A stretch of 64,000 bases of DNA from the human T2T-CHM13v2.0 reference genome, Homo sapiens: NCBI RefSeq assembly GCF_009914755.1, contig NC_060925.1, one strand, 5' to 3'. Numbering within the stretch: the stretch's first letter is position 1; each line of letters starts with the position of its first letter. The notes beneath the pieces were generated by a model. That model did no database searches and was not told the DNA's origin. It saw only the letters and a list, made by a program, of their open reading frames with translations. Positions 1 through 19,202 of this stretch are shown here, piece after piece. A program made the translations under genes and the position numbers.

Positions 1-1255
1 CCTAGACATCTGTGGAACGTTGAACTTGAGAGAGATGAGTTGGGGTATCTGGTTGAAGAAATTTCTAAGCAGCAAAGCATTAAAGAAGTGACAGAGCATA
101 AAAGTTTGGAAAATTTTCATCCTTACAATGCAGTAGAAAAGAAAAACCCATTTTCTGTGGAGAAATTCAAGCTGGCTGCAGAAATCTGCATAAGTAATGA
201 GGAGCCAAATGCTAGTCACCAAAACAATGGGGAAAATGTCTCCAAGGCATGTTAGAGAACTTCATGGCAGCCCCTCCCATTTTTCCCTCCTCTCTTCCAG
301 CCTAGGAGGGAAAAATGGTTTTGTGGGCCAGGCCCATGGCCCCCCTGATCTATGCAGCCTCCCACCATGGTGCCCTGCATCTCAGCTGTTTCAGCTGTTT
401 CAGCTGTAGCCATGGCTATAAGGGGCCAATGTACAGCTCACACCTTTGCTTCAGAGGGTGCAAGCCCCAAGCCTTGGCAACTTACACGTGGTGTTAGGCC
501 TGTGGTGCACAGAAGTCAAGAATTGAGGTTTAGGAGCCTCTGCCTAGATTTCAGAGGATGTATGGAAATGCCTGAATGTCCAGGCAGAAGTTTGCTGCAG
601 GGGTGGGGCCCTCATGGAGAACCTCTGCTAGGGCAGCGTAGAAGGGAAATATGGGGTTAAAGCCCCCACACAGAGTCCCCACTGGGGCACTGCCTAGTGG
701 AGCTGTGAGAAGAGGGCCACCATCCTCCAGACCCCAGAATGGTAGATCCACCAAGAGTTTGCACTGTGTGCCTGGAAAAGCCACAGACACTCAACGTCAC
801 TCCATGAAAGCAGCCAGGAGGGGAGCTGTACCCTTCAAAGCCAAAGGGGCAGAGCTGCCCAAGGCTATAGGAGCCCACCTCTGGCATCAGTGTGACCTGG
901 ATGTGAGACATGGAGTCAAAGAAGATCATTTTGAAACTTTAAAGTTTAATGACTGCCCTATTGGATTTTGGACTTGCATGGGGCCTGTAGGCCCTTTGTT
1001 TTGGCCAATTTTTTCAATTTGGAGTGGGTATATTTACCTAATGCCTGTAGCCCCATTGTATCTGGGAAGTAACTAACTTACTTTTGATTTTACAGGCTTA
1101 TAGGCAGAAGAAACTTGCCTTGTCTCAGATAAGGCTTTGGACTGTGGATTTTTGAGTTAATGCTGAAATGAGTTAAGACTTTTGGGGGCTGTTGGGAAGA
1201 CATGATTGGTCTTGAAATGGTAGGACATGAGATTGTGGAGGGGCCAGAAGCTGAA
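1..1255 (+). mobile_element. THE1-type ERVL-MaLR internal region (continues 5' of window)
   Basis: Typical THE1-int text (GAAATTTCTAAGCAGCAAAGCATT, AGAAGAGGGCCACCATCCTCCAGACCCCAGAATGG). ORFs 40-1076 are MaLR-int remnants. Confidence 0.9.
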
Positions 1256-1618
1256 TGATATGGTTTTGCTTTGTCCCCACCCAAATCTCATCTTGAATTG
1301 CAACTCCCATAATTCCCACGTGTCATGGGAGGGGTCCGGTGGAATGTAATTGAATTATGGGGGTGGTCTCTCCCATGCTGTTCTTGTGATAGTGAAAAAA
1401 ATCTCACAAGATCTGATGGTTTTATGAAGGGGAATTCCCCTCCACATGCTTTCTTGCCTGCTGCCATGTAAGACATGACCTTGCTCCTCCTTGCCTTTCA
1501 CCATGATTGTGAGGCCTCCCCAGCCACATGGAACTGGGAGTCCATTAAATCTCTTTCCTTTATAAACTACCCAGTCTTGGATATGTCTTTATTAGCAGCA
1601 TGAGAATAGACTAATACA
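1256..1618 (+). mobile_element. THE1 (B/C-like) 3' LTR
   Basis: 363 bp from TGATATGG...CCCACCCAAATCTCATCTTGAATTG to GACTAATACA, with ATTAAA signal. Confidence 0.9.
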
Positions 1619-2458
1619 ACATTCATATTCGTTTTATATGTGACACTTCTCTTTTTGAATTTCTTCAATGATTCAGTGTACACTGACATCAGCATTCCTT
1701 ATTAAAATGTCCTGTCTTCTTTGACATGCCTCTATGTTGTTTTGGGTATGTGGAAATCCATTTTGCATGCACTGTGATACACACCACAAATTTTGCAGAA
1801 ACAATACTGGTAATCAAACAGCAATACTGTTGTGTCAAGTGTCTTCTTAACATTGCACATAGGTTCATGGAAAAGTAACGGCGGTTTTTGCCATTACTTT
1901 CAATGGCAAAAACCACAATTACTTTTGCACCACCTAATAATTATTTTTGAGCTAGTCAGTAGCTTTATTGGCTTCTTTGGGGAAATTTGAATTTAATTCA
2001 TTAAAGTCCCCTGAAATGTCATCAGCTGAAAGGAATGTTAAAGCAGACAAATGATATATTTTTAAACTGAAGTTTTTGCATTTTTAAACTGAAGTTTTTG
2101 TCACTGCCATACCACATAGCCATTTCAGTCATCTGACTTTTCTGCCAAATGCATTGGGCTGCATGAAAAAAACAAACTATTGGTAATATCTTGAAATTCA
2201 CTTTGAGAAGGATTGATCACACCTGATTTCAAATTTGTCATTTGGGTTTGGGGACTCATTTGAAATCTGCATAAAGACAGTAACAAGGTAATATCCATGT
2301 AACATGATGCAATCTTGTTATTGTGATTTTCAGGATTTTAGACATTACGGATTTTCGACTTAGAGATATAGACTTTAGCAATTTTAATTTTTACAGATTT
2401 TGATATTTTGGTATTTCAACATTTGAGATTGTGTCTTTTGGGATTATGATCCAAACTC
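1619..2458 (-). mobile_element. Ricksha-like MULE/MuDR DNA transposon fossil
   Basis: Minus-strand remnants resemble a MULE transposase (MQNGFPHTQNNIEA...IIEEIQKE). GGGATT-rich subterminal repeats end in GGGATTATGATCCAAAC. Confidence 0.7.
1859..1937. mobile_element. MADE1 (Hsmar1-derived MITE)
   Basis: ~80 bp palindrome TAGGTT..AAAAGTAA..GGTTTTTGCCATT ACTTTC AATGGCAAAAACC..TTACTTTTGCACC.CCTAA. Confidence 0.92.
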
Positions 2459-2733
2459 TCACATATTTCCCTCTTGTTTTTTGTAATCTTTCTCTCTTGC
2501 TGCTCTTCCCAGCTGTCCTAATAACTATTGATTTACTTTTTCTCGCAGGAGATACATTTGCATTTTTTAGATTTTTAATGATTAGGATCATAAAATGTTT
2601 ATTCTCTTTTTGCATGTTGCATGATTTAATCAAAATTAGATTTGAAAATTACTTTTGCTTTAATTTTAAAATTAAAAAATGTAAGCACCATCCGATACAG
2701 TAAAATGTAACAGAATTGTCTAAATAGCATTTT

Positions 2734-3032
2734 TTTAGATTTTTATTTTTTTCAGATGGAGTCTCACTGTTTTGCACAGGCTGGAGTGCAGTGGAGGGAT
2801 CTCAGTTCACTGCAACCTCCACCTCCGGGTTCAAGCGATTCTCCTGCTTCAGCATCCTAAGTAGCTGAGATTATAGCTGCATGCTGCCATGCCCAGATAA
2901 TTTTTGTGTTTTTGTAGAGATGAGGTTTCACCATGTTGTCCAGGCTGGTCTCAAACTCCTGAACTCAAGTGATCGGCCCACCTCAGCCTCCCAAAGTGCT
3001 GGGATTACAGGCATGAGCCACTGCGCTCGGCC
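2734..3032 (-). mobile_element. AluS
   Basis: Full dimer; TSD CTAAATAGCATTTT (2720-2733 / 3033-3046). Confidence 0.95.
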
Positions 3033-3983
3033 CTAAATAGCATTTTAAACCAGTATGTTTATGTAACATGGAGGCTCTGAATAATGCCTAAATAAATTAA
3101 ATTCCTTCTCTCCAACTAAAACAATTAAGTTAAATTAAATTAACCATTGCTATATGTATTAGACAGTACTACAAATCTATAAACTGGCATTATGTGACAC
3201 TGGCCTCACTCATGCAATCATATACATCATGACTTCAAATTTTATAATAAATTTCACCACCATATATTAAATATGATAAGAAACTTAGCTGTTATCAAAT
3301 TATATTGACCACCATTTTTTTCATATTACTGAGCTTCAAATCAAATTTAATAAGTATCTTTTTTTCTCTTTGAATATCAAAATTAGTCAAATTTGTTTAT
3401 TTTCAAATGTACTACCAAACTAATCAGATAACTGAAAAGCCAGTAAAAATTTTAACAGATACTAACTATGTACAATAAAAGTTCTTCAAAGTTATATTTA
3501 ATTTGTCAAAATAAGTTTTTCAGAACTTTTTCACAGTGCAGCATATTTGTTGTGTGTATGGGTTTTAGGCCAATTTAGACTACTTGGCCTTAAATTTCAT
3601 CCTAAGCCTACTAACAGGTTGCTTAAATTTTTGTGACTTGGTTTTTTTAATCTTTAAAATGAAGCAGTGGCATCTATATATAGTATATATCTATATAACT
3701 ATAATCACATAATTTTACTTTTATAAAGATTACTTATTTATTTATTGTAAAGATTAAATGAATTAATTCATGTAAAGTGCTTGGAAAAAAGACTGCCACA
3801 TAAAAAGCATCAGTAAATGTTATCTGTGTTTACTGTTTAATTAAATGAACTCAGTGAATATAATTTAGAATTTCTGGATGTCTTCAACAATAGACTACTA
3901 TTAAACAATAACAAAATGTTCAGTTAAACCCAAAGACATAGAAAAAAATCAATAGTTATCACAGGATGAATGGATAAAAATAG

Positions 3984-4525
<542 letters not shown>

Positions 4526-4529
4526 AGCA

Positions 4530-6862
<2,333 letters not shown>

Positions 6863-6869
6863 GACAATA

Positions 6870-10830
<3,961 letters not shown>

Positions 10831-11029
10831 TAAACAAGTTTCTTGTGGCTTTTCAGGCAGACGACATCAATTACCTTCTCACATTTCTATATGACCGGTC
10901 TGTTTATTTGTCTTTTAAATATAGTGCGACATCTTTCTGTCATCCTTAATATGAAACCCCAGATTTATCTACCTGTCATAAGGCTACATAGTATCTTAAA
11001 CTTTTTCAAAGTGCTCATTAAAATTGTAA

Positions 11030-11345
11030 TTCACTCATTTTTTAGCAGATGTTCATTGAGTGTATATTATCTATCAAAGCACTAATGTTGGTGGATTCAG
11101 TAGAGAATAAAGCAAACATTTTAGTAGGGGAGACAAACAATAAACTAGGTAAACAGGCCAGGAATATTGTATGCTATTCAATAAGAAGAGTTAAGGAGAA
11201 AAAGTAAGAAATAGGGAAACTTATAATTAATTATTTGGTAGATGCCTGTCTTCTCTATGAGATTCAGAGACTGTATATGACACATTCAGACCTATATGTC
11301 CAGGACCTGGCATGTAGTAGGTACTCAGTAAATATTCATTGGATA
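11030..11345. mobile_element. L2 fragments
   Basis: ATTCACTCATTT..TTCATTGAGTG (minus) and CCTGGCATGTAGTAGGTACTCAGTAAATATT (plus 3' end). Confidence 0.6.
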
Positions 11346-11358
11346 TACTGTTGTTTTA

Positions 11359-11696
<338 letters not shown>

Positions 11697-11936
11697 CCCG
11701 AAACTCCCAAACCTTAGAGTCATTAACAGTGTAATTGATACTTATTGTTTTGCTTTAGTCAATCAAGAAGAGTGTATTCCAAGGATCATCCTTATGGAGG
11801 AGATTCAGAAAAGAGGAAAGAAAGGGAACTATATTAGTTGAGTCCTATTAGGTGCTGGGAACTGTGCCAGATGCTTTATATCAATTATTTCATGTGTTAC
11901 TTTAACAACTGGAGCTGGAAAGTATTGCTCCTCTCA

Positions 11937-12074
11937 TTTAATTAATTAATTAATTTATTGACAAGGTCTTGCTGTGTTGCTCAGGCTGATCTTGAATTCT
12001 TGGGCTCAAGTGAATCCTCCTGCCTCAGCCTCCCAAACGGTTGGGATTACAGGTATGAGCCGCTGCACCCAGAC
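11937..12074 (-). mobile_element. Alu monomer (FLAM) within a MIR fragment (~11835-12110)
   Basis: Single left monomer; flanking MIR core CATTTTAAAGATGAGGAA. Confidence 0.8.
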
Positions 12075-12140
12075 TCTCTTTTCTCATTTTAAAGATGAGG
12101 AATTGAGGGTATTTTTCAAAGGTTTATTAAACATTATCCT

Positions 12141-12438
<298 letters not shown>

Positions 12439-13511
12439 TTATCCTTTAACTAGACGAGCAATTTCAGTTGTCATTTTTATCTTTAGTATAATTTCTTGTC
12501 ACATAAATTTTTGTCTCTGAACTTTTCAATTAAAGTTATGAAACTGTTTCCTTATGTTTGGACTCTCCTCTTGTTTTCAATTTGACAAACATTCGTGTAG
12601 CACCTGCTTTAATAAAAGTAAAACATACAGTAGCTACAAATATGAGCACAAAAATATCCTTGCTGTCCAGTATCAGGCAGTTTCTCTTCTGAGTAGTAAT
12701 AATTGATTTATATTTTTATGATGAAATTTAAAGAATACAACCTGAAAAAACTTTTCCATAGTTCTGATTAAGCTATTTCTTCACATCCAGATTAGAAAAC
12801 TATGCTATTTAATGTATAGTTGAAGATTATAACTATAACACAGTGTTGACTAAAATTGAAAAAAAAATTGGCAAGATAGAGGAAATCATCAACCACAGAA
12901 AGTATATGGGGTTTTCCCCGATTTCAAATCATTGTGGCTTAATTAATGTAGAGAGAGTTCAGGGAGTTGATGTGTGAGGTCACCTTATGAAGTAATCGTT
13001 TATTATAAATTTGTGCCTGGAAGAATAAAAAAAGTTGGAGGTGATACAGCAGATTCTGGAATTTTTTGAAAGAAAGATGATGGCATCTGGCTTTAATGCA
13101 TGAAGATGTTAGAGTTAAGAATCTATATGGGTGGTTTATCGTGATGGTGGTAGTAATAAAGCAATACAGAAAGTATGTGTGTAAACAATTTTAATTGCCC
13201 TCCATTTACTTGCATACCCAAGAAAGTGTCATTTGTCTTTTTCTGTGGAGAATAAGTTCTCTCTAGTATGGTTTGGGATGGAAACTTTTTGGTTTACAAA
13301 ATACTTGGAGGAGGTGTGGAGAAGGAAATATTTCCCACACAGTCTCTTTATGAAGCCAAGAGTTCTCAGGTAATATGTTAAAAACGATGAGCTCTAGTAG
13401 AAAAGGTCATGTTAAATCATTTCTTTGTATCTCCATCTCATAAAAAAGTGACTGACATATGGCAACAACCCAATACATATCTGTTAGTTTCATAAATAAC
13501 TCTACGTGACA

Positions 13512-13873
13512 CAACTGTTCTCCAAGCATGCTCTAGGAAACACTAGGCTCAAAATCATCTACATGAGCTCAAAATCATCTATGGATAAAAGATTCATTCA
13601 AAGTGCAAGATAGACCAATGGATTTTAATATACCAATATGAAAAGTTTATTTGTATAGTTTCAGACTCCACATTGCACTATACCTTTAAGAAACTCACTA
13701 TTCAAGTGTTGGTGTAGTATCAAAGAATATCTGTAATTATCTGAAAAGGCTACTAAAATAATCCTCATCTTTCCAACGACATATTTATGTGACACTGGAT
13801 TTTTTTCATGGACTAAAACTAAAGCAATATGTTAAAACAGATTAAAGAAGCAGATTTAAGAATCCAACTATCT
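13512..13873 (+). mobile_element. Charlie1 (hAT) fossil, left part
   Basis: CATTCAAAGTGCAAGATAGACCAATGGATTTTAAT...TCTGAAAAGGCTACTAAAATA; continues at 23454. Confidence 0.8.
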
Positions 13874-13995
13874 TTTTAATTGATACATAATAGTTCTACA
13901 TGTTTATTGGGTATATCTGATATTTTGATATATGCATACAATGCATAAAAAACAAATCAGGATAATTGGAATATCTGTTATTTCAAACAATTGTC

Positions 13996-14140
13996 CCTCT
14001 CTTTCTCTTTTCTTTCTTTCTTTCTCTTTCTTTCTCTCTCCTTCCTTCTTTCCCTTTCTTTTCTTTCTTTCTCTTTCTTTCTTTTCGTTCTCTTTCTCTC
14101 TCTTTCTTTCTTCCTTTCTTCCTTCCTTTCTTTCTTTCTT

Positions 14141-14231
<91 letters not shown>

Positions 14232-14325
14232 CTTTCTCTTTCTCTCTCTCCCTACCTCTCCTTCCTTCCTTCCTTCCTTCCTTCCTTCCTTCCTTCCTTC
14301 CTTCCTTCCTTCCTTCTTTCTCTTG
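13996..14325. repeat. ~330 bp polypyrimidine compound microsatellite including (TTTC)19 and (CCTT)n; expanded Alu tail
   Basis: Read directly; (TTTC) run at 14155-14230. Confidence 0.97.
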
Positions 14326-14616
<291 letters not shown>

Positions 14617-16536
14617 TAGAAATATTCCAAAGCTTTTATTCAAGCTACAACAAATTATTGTTAACCATAGTTCTATTGTGCTATTGAACACTAGAAATTA
14701 TTCTTTCTGTTTTTACACCCACTAACCAAACTCTCTTTAAAACCTCTCCACTCACCTTTACAGTCTCTGATAACTACCATTCTATTCTCTACCTCCATGA
14801 GATTAACTTTTTTAGCTTACATATTAATGAGAATATGCAATATTTGTCTTTCTATGCCTGGTTTATTTCACTTAACAAAATGCCCTTCGGTTCCTTTCAT
14901 GCTGCTGCAAATAACAGGATTCTTTTTTACGGCTGAATAATATCCATATACATATATATATCACATTTTCTTTATTCATTTATTCTTCGATAGATACTTG
15001 GGTTGATGCCATATCTTGGCAATTGTGAATAGTGCCACAATAAACTTGGGAATGCAGACATCTCTTCAATATACTGATTTTCTTCTTTTGGGTATGTATC
15101 TAGCAGTGGGATTACTGGATCACGTGGTAGTTCTATTTTTAGTTTTTGTGAGGAACCTTGATAATGTTTTCCGTAGTGGCTGTACTAATTTATAATTCTC
15201 AGCAACAGAGCAAGAGTCTTAGCTATTCTTTTATGCACCCTCCTCAGCATCTTCTATTTTCTTTTAGATAAAAGCCATTTTAACCTGGGTAAGATGATAC
15301 CTCCTCGTAGTTTTGATTTGCATCTTTCTGATGATTAGTGATGTTGAAAATTTTTTCGTATACCTATTGGCCATCTGTATGTCTTCTTTTGAGGGATGTC
15401 TATTCAGATCTCTTGCACATTTTTTATTTGAATTATTTGATTTTTTGCTATTGAGTTGTTTGAGTTCCATATATATTCTAATTATTAATCTCATCTTAGA
15501 TAGTTTGCCAATATTTTCTTCCATTCTATAGGTTGTTTTTTTCACTTTGCTGATTGTTTCTTTTGGTGTGCAGAAGCTTTTCAGCTTGATATAATCCCAT
15601 TTGTGTAATTTTGCTTTTGTTGTCTGTGCTTTTTAATGACTTACCAAAAAAAAAAAAAATTGCCCAGACCAATGTCCTAAGGTGTAGTTCTCTCATGTTT
15701 TCTTCTAGTAATTTCATAGTTTCAGATCTTGCATTTAAGTCTTTAATACATCTTTATTTGATTTTTACATAAGGTGAGAGGTAGGGATCTAGTTTCATTC
15801 TTCTGCATATGGTTATCCAATTTTCCCAACATCATTTACTGAAGAGACTGTTCTTTCCCCGGTGTATGTTCTTGGTACCTTTGTTGAAAATGAGTTGTCT
15901 GTAAATGCATGGGTTTATTTTGGGGTTCTCTATTCTGTTCCATTGGTCTATGTGTCTGCTTTTATGCCACTACCATGCTGATTCGGTTATAATAGCTTTG
16001 TAGTATAGTTTGAAATTGGATAGTGTGATGCCTACAGCTTTGTTCTTTTTACTCAGGATTGCTTTGGCTATTTGGGAGCTTTTATGGTTCCATACAAATT
16101 TTAGGATTTTTTTTCCTCTATTTCTGTGAAGAATGTCATTGGCATTTTGATGGGGCTTGCATTAAATCTGTAGATCACTTTGGAAAGTATGGATATATTA
16201 ACAATATTAAGTGTTCTAAACCATCAGCATGAAAATCTTTACATTTTTTAGTGTCCTTTTCAATTTCTTTCATCCATGTTTTATGGTTTTCTTTGTAGAG
16301 ATCTTTCACTTCTTTGGTTAGACTGATTCCTAGAAATTTTTTATAGCTATTGTAAATGGGATTACTTCTTGATTTCTTTTTCAGATTGTTTACCTCTGTT
16401 GTCATTTTTGAATGTTTATTTTGTATCCTGTAACTTTACTGAGTTTATGAGTTCTAATACTTTTTTTTTTTTTTGGTGAAGTCTTTAGGTTTTTCTAAGA
16501 ATAAGATTATATCATTTGCAAACAAGAATAATTTGA

Positions 16537-16661
16537 GGCTGGTTGTGGTGGCTCATGCCTGTAACCCAGCACTTTGGGAGGCTTAGGCGAGCAGATTGTT
16601 TGAGCCCAGGAGTTTGAGACCAGCCTGGGCAACATGGCAAGACCCTGTCTCTACAAAATAA
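16537..16661 (+). mobile_element. Alu monomer (FLAM_C-like)
   Basis: Left monomer only; TSD-like AAGAATAAT. Confidence 0.85.
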
Positions 16662-18614
16662 AAGAATAATCTTACTTCTTTCTTTCCAATTTGGGTGCCT
16701 GCCCTTTATTTCTTTCTTTTGCCTAGTTACTTTGGCTAGAACTTCCAATACCATGCTAAATAAAAGTGGCGAACATGAGCATCCTTGTTGTGTTCCAGAT
16801 CTTAGAGGAAAGGCTTTCAATTTTTCCCCATTTAGTATAATATCTGTGGGTCTGTTATATATGGCCTTTATTGTTTTGAGGTATGTTTCTTCTATATCCA
16901 GTTTGTTGAGAGTTTTTGCCATGAAGAAATGTTGAATTTTATTGAGTGTATCTTCAACATCTATTGAAATGATCATATGATTTTTGTTCTTGATTCTGTT
17001 AATGTGTCACATTTGATTTGTGTATGATGAACCATCCTTGCATCCCTGGGATGAACTTACTTGATTACGGTAAATGATCTGTTTAGTGTACTGTTGAATT
17101 TAGTCTGCTAGTATTTTCTTGAGGATTTTTACATATATGAACATCAGGGATTGGCCTGTTGTTTTCTTTTGTTGTGTTGTGTCCTTGTCTAATTTTGGTA
17201 TGAGAATAATGCCAGCCTTGTAGAATGTTTGGAAGTATTCTCTCCTCTTAAATTTTTTTTTTTGAAGAGTTTCAGTAGAGCTGGTATTAATTCCTCTTTA
17301 AATGTTTGGTAGAATTCAGCTGGAAAGCCATCAGGTTCTGGGCTTTTCTTTGATGGGATACTATTGATTACTGTTTTTATCTTATTACTCATTATTGGTC
17401 TGCTCAGGCTTCCTATTTCTTTGTGGTTTAATATTTTAAGGTTGTATGTCTCCAGAAATTTATAATTTTTTCTAGGTTTTCCAATTTGTTGGTGTATAGT
17501 TATTCATAATAGTTCCTAATAATCCTTTATACTTCTGTGGTATCAGTTATAATGTCTCTTTTTTTTATTTCTGATTTTGTTGGAGTCTTCTCCTTTGTTC
17601 TTAGCCTAACTAAAGATTTGATGATTTTATTTACAATTTCAAAAACCCAACTTTTCATTTTGTAAATCTTTTGTATTTTTTTCAGTTTCAATTTTATGTA
17701 CTGATATTTTTGATACATTTTTATTCTCTAAATTGTTTACTTTTGCTTGAATCTTTATTATTTTCTACTTTCTGTTAATTTTGGGTAAAATTTGCTCTTC
17801 CTTTTCTAGTTTCTTCAAGTATAAAGGTAGGTTGTCTATTTAATATCTTTCTTCTCTTCTAGTGTAGGAATTTATTGCTATAAACGTCCCACTTAGTACT
17901 GCTTTTGCTGCATCCTATAAGGTTCGGTATGTTGTATATTCATTTTCATTTTTCTTAGGATATTTAAAAATTTTTTTTAAATTTCTTCTTTGACCCAATA
18001 TTTGTTTGAGTGTGTTGCTTAATTTCCATGAATTTGTGAATTTGTCCATTCCTTTAATTGTTGATTCCTAGTTTCATTCCATTATAGTCAGAAAAGATAC
18101 TTTCAAAGATTTCAGTCTTCTTAGAATTTGTTAGGATTTGTTTCATGACCTAGTATGTGATCTTTCATATTGGAAAAAAAAAAAACGTTGAGAAGAATGC
18201 CTACTCTACTGCTCTTAGGTGAAATGTTCTGTATATATCTGTAGGGTCTATTTGGTCTATTGTTCAGTTCTGCTATTCCCCTATTGACCTTCTGTCTGGA
18301 TGATCTATCCATTATGAGAATGAGATATTAAAGTCTCCCGCTATTATTGTATTGCTATGTCTCCTTTCAGGCTTTTAAAATCGGGTGCATATGTAATTGT
18401 TATATCTTCTTTTTGAATTGACCCTTTTATTATTAGAGAGTGACCTTTGTCTTGTGATAGTTTTTGACTTAAAGCCTATTTTCCCTGATGTGAGTGTAGC
18501 CACCCCTGCTCTCTTTTGGTTGCCACTTGTGTGTAATATCTTTCTCCACCTGTTCACTTTCCATCTATGTGCATCCTTAAATCTAAAGTAAGTCTTATAG
18601 AAAGCCTACATCTG

Positions 18615-19041
<427 letters not shown>

Positions 19042-19176
19042 TTAATTATTTTCTGTTGTATCATTTTATTGTTTCTCTCTTCTTCTTATTTTCTTTCCAT
19101 GTGGTTTGATGATTTGTTTTCTAATGGTATGCTTGGATTCTTTTCTCTTTATCTTTTGCATACCTGTTGTGTGTTT

Positions 19177-19202
19177 TGTGTGTGTGTGTGTGTGTGTGTG
19201 TG
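19177..19202. repeat. (TG)n microsatellite
   Basis: Read directly. Confidence 0.95.

Noticed and set aside
40-1076. ORF cluster up to 141 aa
   Set aside because: THE1 internal sequence with no continuous frame.
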